Below, piece by piece: positions 57,944 to 64,000 of a stretch of DNA of 64,000 bases. This DNA comes from Candidatus Eiseniibacteriota bacterium. Lineage in GTDB: Bacteria > Eisenbacteria > RBG-16-71-46. The stretch lies in NCBI GenBank assembly GCA_963744995.1, contig CAVUWA010000003.1, forward strand, positions 96,001 to 160,000, written 5' to 3'. How positions within the stretch are numbered: position 1 is the first letter of the stretch; each line of letters starts with the position of its first letter. Under the pieces are notes generated by a model that was given only the letters and a program-made list of their open reading frames with translations, was not told where the DNA came from and searched no databases. The translations under genes and the position numbers were made by a program.

Positions 57944-60178
57944 TCAGCGGAGCACCGTCACCTTCATGCGGGCCGACTTCGAACCCTGCGCCAGGAACAG
58001 GAAGTAGATGCCCGGATGGAGCTTCCCGGCCGGCGCCAGGTCGAGCGCGAAGCGGCCGGGGTCGAACGCCGCGCGTCGCACCGCCACTTCGCGGCCCGAG
58101 AGATCCACGAGCCGGAGCACCACCGGCCCGGCCTGGGCCAGGGTGAACGAGACCCGCATCGGTCCGCCGCGGTTCGGATTCGGCAGGACACCATGCAGGG
58201 CGAACTCGAGCGGCCCGCCCGCGCCGACGTCCACGCTCGTGGAGGGCGTCAGCATCGCGTACGGGCCGACGTTCTCGTGCTCGTCGACCGCAGCCACCTT
58301 GTAATAGAACTGCCCCTCTGCGTCCGGATCCAGGTAGCCCGGCTCGGCCACTGCCGCCAGCATCGTCGCTTCGTCCGGAACGAACGACCCGGTCGCGCCG
58401 CGATAGACGCGGTACTCGAGCAGATCGGCGGCACCCACCGGCTCCCAGCTGAGCTCGACCCCCTCTCCCGAAACCACGGTGCCGCTGAACCCCTGCGGCA
58501 TGAACGGCGGGAGGTTGTCGACCGAGTAGCCGCTGTCCACGGCCGAGTCGTAGAAGACCGTCGGATCCGCGGTGAGCGCGGTCACGAAGAACGCCGTGTA
58601 CGGATTGCTGTCGTGCAGCGAGTCCTGCGTCGTCGCCGCGGTGTAGCCGTAACCCTCGAGCTGCTGTGCGGGTAGCTCGGCAAGCGCTTCCCAGTAGGTG
58701 ATGAGCGTGCCTCCCGGGGCGGCCGGCACCGCCCGCGTACGAATCCGAGTCGCCCCCGCCTGGCGGAGGCGTGCCGCTCCCTCGAGCGGTGGAATCCGGC
58801 GCCATACCCGATAACCGGTCACCGCGTTGCCGGTGTCGCCGTCGAGCGGGCTGCGCTGCCATTGCACGAAGACCTTGCCGCCCTGATCGTTGGGGACGTC
58901 GCGCACCGCGTCGAGGATCGGCTCGGGCCCCGGCGGTGGCGGCGGCGGCGCGAGGCACTGGCCGTACCAGATGGCGAGGCGCTGCGAGGCGGGAGCCGTG
59001 AAGTTGGGAATCCCCAGATCGAGCATTCCGTCGCCGTTGAAATCGCCGGCGCTCAGCCCGAACGGCCAGTTGCCGGAGGCGACGGCGACCGGAGCCTGCA
59101 GATGCCCGTCCCCCTCCCCTCTCAGGAAGTAGACGACCCCGCCCACGGTGTGCGCGCCGATCACGTCACGGATGCCGTCGCCGTCGAAGTCGCCGGCGAT
59201 GACGCTGCCGGTGTTCATGGTGCCCGCGCCGACGATGAGCGGCGCGCCGAACGTGCCGTTGCCGACGCCGCCCGAACCCTGGCCCCGCAGCACCGCGACA
59301 CCGCCGACCGAACCGTTGCCGACGATCAGATCGTCGATTCCGTCGGCGTCCAGATCGTCGACGAGCAGGTCGTAGGGTTCGCTGCCGGCCACGTAGTCCG
59401 CGCGGGCGAGGAACGCCCCGCCGCCGGCGCCGAGGAACACTCCGACCTTTCCCCTGTAGTTGATCGTGCAGGCGATGTCGGGTGCACCGTTCTCGTCGAA
59501 GTCCCCCGTCACCACCGTGAGCGGCAGATCGTTGAGGCTCAGTGAATCGGTGACGGCGAAGGTGCCGTTGCCGACGCCGCCAGAGCCGAGTCCCCCGAGG
59601 ATCAGGAGACGGTTCGCGCCGTTGTCGGCGACGACCAGATCGGCGATTCCGTCCTGGTCGAAGTCGGCCGAGGCGATGCCGTAGGGGCTGGCCGGAACGG
59701 GATAGGACACGGCGGGCGCGAACGTGCCGTCCCCCACGCCGCCGGCGCCGTGGCCGATGAGAATCGACACGCTGTGGCTGCCCAGATTGCTCGCCGCGAT
59801 GTCGGTGATGCCGTCTTCGTTGAAGTCACCGGTGACGAGCGCCTCCGTCGCGAGGTCGGTCGGCGTGGATGAAGCGAACGAGAACGTCCCGTCGCCCACG
59901 CCCGCCGTACCGTTGCCGAGGAACACCGTGATGTTCCCGGCCGCGGCGCCGTTGCCGTAGACGCAGACGATCTCGTCCAGGATGCCGTCGCCGTTGAGAT
60001 CACGGGCCAGCGTGGTCCTGGGCTGGACGTCGGTGGTGTAGGTCGGGCCGGCGGCGAACAGCTGCGCCGGGTCGCAGAGCGGCGGGCCGGCCGGCCACGC
60101 CGGCGCGGCGAGCGCGAAGGTGGCCAGCATGGCGAGCACGCCGGAGAGCAGGCTGTCGGAACGTGCGGAGAGGCGCAT
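57944..60178 (-). CDS. Secreted FG-GAP/VCBS-repeat protein with FN3-like domain and T9SS/FlgD-Ig-like C-terminal domain
   Basis: Signal peptide; seven D[FL]xxxGxxD repeats; poly-Pro linker; VRDVPNDQGG domain; SVDNLPP; C-terminal PNP...DLSGR...PGIYF...KVTVLR. Confidence 0.85.
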   Translation of the reverse strand: MRLSARSDSLLSGVLAMLATFALAAPAWPAGPPLCDPAQLFAAGPTYTTDVQPRTTLARDLNGDGILDEIVCVYGNGAAAGNITVFLGNGTAGVGDGTFSFASSTPTDLATEALVTGDFNEDGITDIAASNLGSHSVSILIGHGAGGVGDGTFAPAVSYPVPASPYGIASADFDQDGIADLVVADNGANRLLILGGLGSGGVGNGTFAVTDSLSLNDLPLTVVTGDFDENGAPDIACTINYRGKVGVFLGAGGGAFLARADYVAGSEPYDLLVDDLDADGIDDLIVGNGSVGGVAVLRGQGSGGVGNGTFGAPLIVGAGTMNTGSVIAGDFDGDGIRDVIGAHTVGGVVYFLRGEGDGHLQAPVAVASGNWPFGLSAGDFNGDGMLDLGIPNFTAPASQRLAIWYGQCLAPPPPPPGPEPILDAVRDVPNDQGGKVFVQWQRSPLDGDTGNAVTGYRVWRRIPPLEGAARLRQAGATRIRTRAVPAAPGGTLITYWEALAELPAQQLEGYGYTAATTQDSLHDSNPYTAFFVTALTADPTVFYDSAVDSGYSVDNLPPFMPQGFSGTVVSGEGVELSWEPVGAADLLEYRVYRGATGSFVPDEATMLAAVAEPGYLDPDAEGQFYYKVAAVDEHENVGPYAMLTPSTSVDVGAGGPLEFALHGVLPNPNRGGPMRVSFTLAQAGPVVLRLVDLSGREVAVRRAAFDPGRFALDLAPAGKLHPGIYFLFLAQGSKSARMKVTVLR

Positions 60179-60279
60179 GAGAACCTCCAGGAATGGAGCC
60201 GGGCAGCGGAGGAGCCGATATTCGCTCCTCTTGCCGAAGTCCGACAACTCCATTCCCGTGCGCCGTCCCGGCGCCGCCC

Positions 60280-61227
60280 TCAGCCCCCATCCACCCCGGT
60301 GAGTGCGCGGTACATGCTCTCCAGCCAGCGCGCGACCTGCGACGGTTCCCCGTGCCATCGGCTCTGCCACGGCTCCGGCAGACCGGCCGCCTGGATCGCC
60401 TCGAGGTCGTCGCCCTTCGCGATCCGCGCGCGCACCTGCGCGAGGGCGGCGCCGTACATGCTCGCGTAGCGCCGGAACTCGGCGAGTCCGGTCACGCCGC
60501 CGTGCCCGGTGACGATCCTGACGTCGGCCGGCAGCCGCACGGCGATGCCCTGCAGGGCGAGCTGCATCCCCTCCGCATCGCTCGGCATCGAGAGGATCTC
60601 GAAGCCGTGGTAGAGATCGCCGACGTGCACGACCTTCTCTCGCGGGAAGTAGACCACCGCGTCGCCCGCGCTGTGGCCGGGGCCGAAGTGCCAGAGCCGG
60701 ACCTCCTCGCCGTTCATGAAGATCGACATCGAGTTGTCGAAGACGATCGCCGGCAGCCCCCGGGGCTCGAGCGCGCGCAGCCCGTCGGGCGCCCACCACG
60801 GCTTCTGCGGCGATGCGAGCTTCGTGCGGGTGTTGCGTTGCGCGACGATCACCGCCTCGCGTCCGTAGCGCTCGTTGCCGCCGACGTGGTCGCCATGCCA
60901 GTGGGTGTCGATCAGGTAGCGCAGCCGGCCGTTGCCGTGCGCGCGGATCGCCCGCTCGAACACGCGCGCGGCGGCGCTGTCGCAGGTCATCGTGCGCCAG
61001 TCGCCGATGTGGTCCACCAGCAGCAGCCCGTCGGGCCCCGAAGAGAGGATCGCGTTCACGTGCGACGACGCGTCGGTCTTCATGGTGAGGAGCGTGAGCG
61101 GGCCACCGAGCGGCGTCTCCTCGACCACCGGCACGAAGGCCGGTCCCGCATCCTTCGCGAGCGCCGGAACGACGAGCGCCGGGGTGGCGGCCAGCGCGGC
61201 GGCGAGCATCACGAAACGGACGGACAT
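60280..61227 (-). CDS. Exported MBL-fold metallohydrolase (cyclase-like)
   Basis: Signal peptide; THWHGDHVGGN, GHSAGD, HVGDL, TGHG. Confidence 0.85.
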   Translation of the reverse strand: MSVRFVMLAAALAATPALVVPALAKDAGPAFVPVVEETPLGGPLTLLTMKTDASSHVNAILSSGPDGLLLVDHIGDWRTMTCDSAAARVFERAIRAHGNGRLRYLIDTHWHGDHVGGNERYGREAVIVAQRNTRTKLASPQKPWWAPDGLRALEPRGLPAIVFDNSMSIFMNGEEVRLWHFGPGHSAGDAVVYFPREKVVHVGDLYHGFEILSMPSDAEGMQLALQGIAVRLPADVRIVTGHGGVTGLAEFRRYASMYGAALAQVRARIAKGDDLEAIQAAGLPEPWQSRWHGEPSQVARWLESMYRALTGVDGG

Positions 61228-61338
61228 GCGACTCCTTGCCGCCGGCGGGCGGACGCGTCGAGCGTGCGGGGGCCCGCGGCCGGCCGGCCGCGGGCCCCGA
61301 TCCTGCCGCAGGTCGCGCGGCGGGCTGTCAGCGAACGA

Positions 61339-63240
61339 TCATTTCCCGGCCGCCGCCCCCTGCAGGGGACTCACGGCAGGCGCCTCGGTCTCTGCCGCGA
61401 TGATTCCGGCCTCGAGCCACGCGTAGCGGTCGTCGAGCACGTCGCGGGCGACGTCGTAGATCGCCTCGTCGTCGTTCGACGCCAGCGCGCGGAACAGCTG
61501 GTCCACCTTGCGCCGCGACGAGCGTGCGAACACGTCGGCGAGTTCGATCGCGTTGGCATCCGCCGCACCGCGCTTCACGTCGCGCTGCGCGCGCACGCAG
61601 GTGGCGGCGATCGCGAACAGCTCGGCCCCGATGTCCACGCAGCGGAACAGCTGCGCCTGCTTGCGCTCGAGCTTCGGTCCGTTCAGGACCATCAGGTGGA
61701 ACTGCGCGCGGGCGAGCCGCCGCGAGGTGCGCTCGACCCAGCGCAGGTGCGTGGCCAGCGCGCCGAACTCGCCGTATTTCGGCCATGCGCCCCAGCCGAA
61801 CCAGCGGCTCGGGTACCACCACGCGTAGAACAGCCCGGCGCGCACGAACGTGGACAGCCGGCGGCCCAGCGGCACGTTCGGCATCACCGCGTCGCCCGCG
61901 ACCTTGAGGTGCACGTCGAGCGCTTCGCGCGCGATGAACAGCCGCATGATCTGGTTCGATCCTTCGAAGATCCGGTTGATGCGCAGGTCGCGCATCAACC
62001 GCTCGAGCGGCACCGGCGCCTCGCCGCGCGAGGCCAGCGAGGCGGCGGTCTCGTAGCCGCGGCCGCCGCGGACCTGCATCGCGTCGTCGCACACCTGCCA
62101 GGCTGCATCGGTGTTCCAGAGCTTGGCGAGCGCGGCCTCCAGGCGGATGTCCGACCTCCCGGCGTCCGAGAGCAGGGCGCCCAGGTCGCCGATCGCTTCC
62201 TGCGCGTAGGTGCGTGCCGCCATGTCGGCGAGCATCTGCGCAACGGCTTCGTGGCGGCCGACCGGTTTGCCCCACTGCACGCGCTCGTTGGCGAACTGGC
62301 GCGCCACGTTCACACACCACTTGCTGGCCGCCGCCATCGTCGCCGGCAGCGTGAGGCGGCCGGTGTTGAGGGTGACGAGCGCGAGCTTCAGACCCTTCCC
62401 CTCGCCCCACAGCAGATAGTCTTTCGGCACGCGCACGTCGTGGAAGCGGATCTGCGCGTTCTCGATGCCGCGCAGGCCCATGAATTCGAGCCGGTGCGTG
62501 ATCTCGACGCCGGGCATGTTGGTCTCGACGATGAACGCGCTGATCGGCCCCGGCTTGCCGTCCTTGCCGGGCGTGCGCGCCATCACCACGAGTAGCTCGG
62601 CGACGGTGCCGTTCGTGCACCAGAGCTTCTCGCCGTTGATCACGTAGCCGTTGCCGTCGGCGGTCGGGATCGCGGTCGTCGTCATGCGCGCCGGATCGGA
62701 ACCCACGTCGCTCTCGGTGAGCGCGAACGCGGACACCGCGCCTTTGGCCAGCCGTGGCAGGAATTTCTTCTTCTGCTCCTCGGTGCCGAACAGCTTGAGC
62801 GGCTGCGGCACGCCGATCGACTGGTGCGCGGACAGCAGCGCGGTCAGCGAGCTGGACACCGTGCCGACCAGCGACATCGCCTTGCCGTAGGTGTACTGCG
62901 AGAGGCCGAGTCCGCCGTAGGTTTCGGGGATCTTGATTCCGAACGCGCCGATGTCGCGCAGACCCTGGACGACGTGCTCGGGAATGCGGCCGTCGCGCTC
63001 GATCAGTTCGGAATCCACCTGCTCGCGCAGGAAGCGCTCGAGCTTCTCGAGGAACGGCTTCGCGCGCTGCTGTTCCTCGGCATCGGGCTCCGGGAACGGA
63101 TGGATGAGATCGAGGACGAGACGTCCGAGGAACAGCTCGCGGACGAACGAAGGCGCCTCCCAGGTCGTCTCGCGCGAGGCTTCCGCAATCGCACGCGCCT
63201 CGTTCTCCGAAACTTGGGCCTTTCCGCTGGTCGTGTTCAT
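61339..63240 (-). CDS. Acyl-CoA dehydrogenase (long ACAD9/VLCAD-like form)
   Basis: SAHQSIG, FALTESDVGSD, INGEKLWCTNG, GGRGYE, RDLRINRIFEGSN; C-terminal extension. Confidence 0.93.
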   Translation of the reverse strand: MNTTSGKAQVSENEARAIAEASRETTWEAPSFVRELFLGRLVLDLIHPFPEPDAEEQQRAKPFLEKLERFLREQVDSELIERDGRIPEHVVQGLRDIGAFGIKIPETYGGLGLSQYTYGKAMSLVGTVSSSLTALLSAHQSIGVPQPLKLFGTEEQKKKFLPRLAKGAVSAFALTESDVGSDPARMTTTAIPTADGNGYVINGEKLWCTNGTVAELLVVMARTPGKDGKPGPISAFIVETNMPGVEITHRLEFMGLRGIENAQIRFHDVRVPKDYLLWGEGKGLKLALVTLNTGRLTLPATMAAASKWCVNVARQFANERVQWGKPVGRHEAVAQMLADMAARTYAQEAIGDLGALLSDAGRSDIRLEAALAKLWNTDAAWQVCDDAMQVRGGRGYETAASLASRGEAPVPLERLMRDLRINRIFEGSNQIMRLFIAREALDVHLKVAGDAVMPNVPLGRRLSTFVRAGLFYAWWYPSRWFGWGAWPKYGEFGALATHLRWVERTSRRLARAQFHLMVLNGPKLERKQAQLFRCVDIGAELFAIAATCVRAQRDVKRGAADANAIELADVFARSSRRKVDQLFRALASNDDEAIYDVARDVLDDRYAWLEAGIIAAETEAPAVSPLQGAAAGK

Positions 63241-63381
63241 GGTCCCTCACATGGCTTCCGGTTCCGGCGCGGCGAACGAACGCCGGCATCCCGAGCAACG
63301 GAACGGCACCGCCGCCCCGGCTGGAGTTATCGGCAGGTTAGCGGCTCGACCCGAGGGGTGCCAGCGCCGCCCGGAAGAGGG

Positions 63382-63927
63382 TCAGCCCGTGCCGCGCCGC
63401 TCCAGCAGCACCAGCACCTGAAACAGCTTCGGCCGGTGCATGAACTTCGTATAGTGCCCCGGATACACCTGCCAGCGCCGCACGCGATAACGTCGGCCGA
63501 ACTCCCACGGGTACCATCCGGAGCGGTGGGTCTCGTAGGGCATGCCGGGAATCTCCTGGCGGCGGAAGCCGAACGGCGTCGTCACGAGCACCTGCTTCGC
63601 GCGGCGCGTGAGGTCATCCAGCAGCTGCCAGCCCTCGTCCTTCTCGAGGTGCTCGATCACGTCGATGAACAGCACCAGGTCGTAGTGCGCGGGCTCTCCC
63701 GGCAGGATCGCCTCGAGGCGGCGGATGTCGCCGAGGTAGACGTGGTCGTAGACCGGGAAGCGCGGCGCGTTCGCGTCGACGGCATCCACGCGCTCGGCGC
63801 CCCCGTACTCGCGGGCGAGCAGGCCGTACTTGCCGTAGCCGGCGCCGACGTCGAGAACGGTCCGCGGCCGGGCGTTCGCGATGACGTCCACGATCTTCGG
63901 GATCTGCCAGTGCTCGGAGGTCGGCAT
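63382..63927 (-). CDS. Class I SAM-dependent methyltransferase
   Basis: VLDVGAGYGKYG, DVIEHL, VTTP. Confidence 0.85.
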   Translation of the reverse strand: MPTSEHWQIPKIVDVIANARPRTVLDVGAGYGKYGLLAREYGGAERVDAVDANAPRFPVYDHVYLGDIRRLEAILPGEPAHYDLVLFIDVIEHLEKDEGWQLLDDLTRRAKQVLVTTPFGFRRQEIPGMPYETHRSGWYPWEFGRRYRVRRWQVYPGHYTKFMHRPKLFQVLVLLERRGTG

Positions 63928-64000
63928 GGGCGGAGAGATTCGCACAGGTCGCGACCGGTCGACAAAGGTGTCGCCGGTGGGAACGGCGCGCGGGAGGTGT

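Noticed and set aside
60280..61227. MBL-fold protein as a metallo-beta-lactamase resistance gene
   Set aside because: The HxHxDH motif is shared across the superfamily; the sequence alone does not support a resistance call.

Overview
Very GC-rich chromosomal window from a diderm bacterium. The combination of bacillithiol genes, PorV-like and GWxTD proteins, and T9SS/FlgD-Ig-type C-terminal domains suggests an FCB-superphylum-affiliated lineage such as Ca. Eisenbacteria (inference only). It holds about 55 protein genes, nearly all on the minus strand in long, translationally coupled operons: bshC-bshB1-bshA-DUF1611; murJ/uppP; amidohydrolase-ECF sigma; sugar dehydrogenase and glycosyltransferases; hsp20-dnaK behind a sigma54-type promoter; tolQ-tolR-tolA-tolB-pal-cpoB-Omp85 running on to nfo, dcd and nuoI; gap-pgk-tpiA; secG-tRNA-Leu(GAG); ftsK-rimO-bamD-nadD-polA-coaE-prfB(+1 frameshift)-PMM-mpg. 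No mobile elements or CRISPR arrays were seen. The best leads are (1) an envelope module of unknown function (beta-barrel, TonB-dependent-receptor-like protein, 980-aa CTD protein, PorV-like barrel, GWxTD protein; 33.8-44.0 kb); (2) an unannotated ~130-nt rod-shaped ncRNA candidate with its own promoter and U-tract (10.08-10.21 kb); (3) a DUF1611 acetyltransferase-family gene attached to the bacillithiol operon. All product calls come from motif recognition by eye, with no database searches. Many start codons were re-chosen relative to the ORF track.
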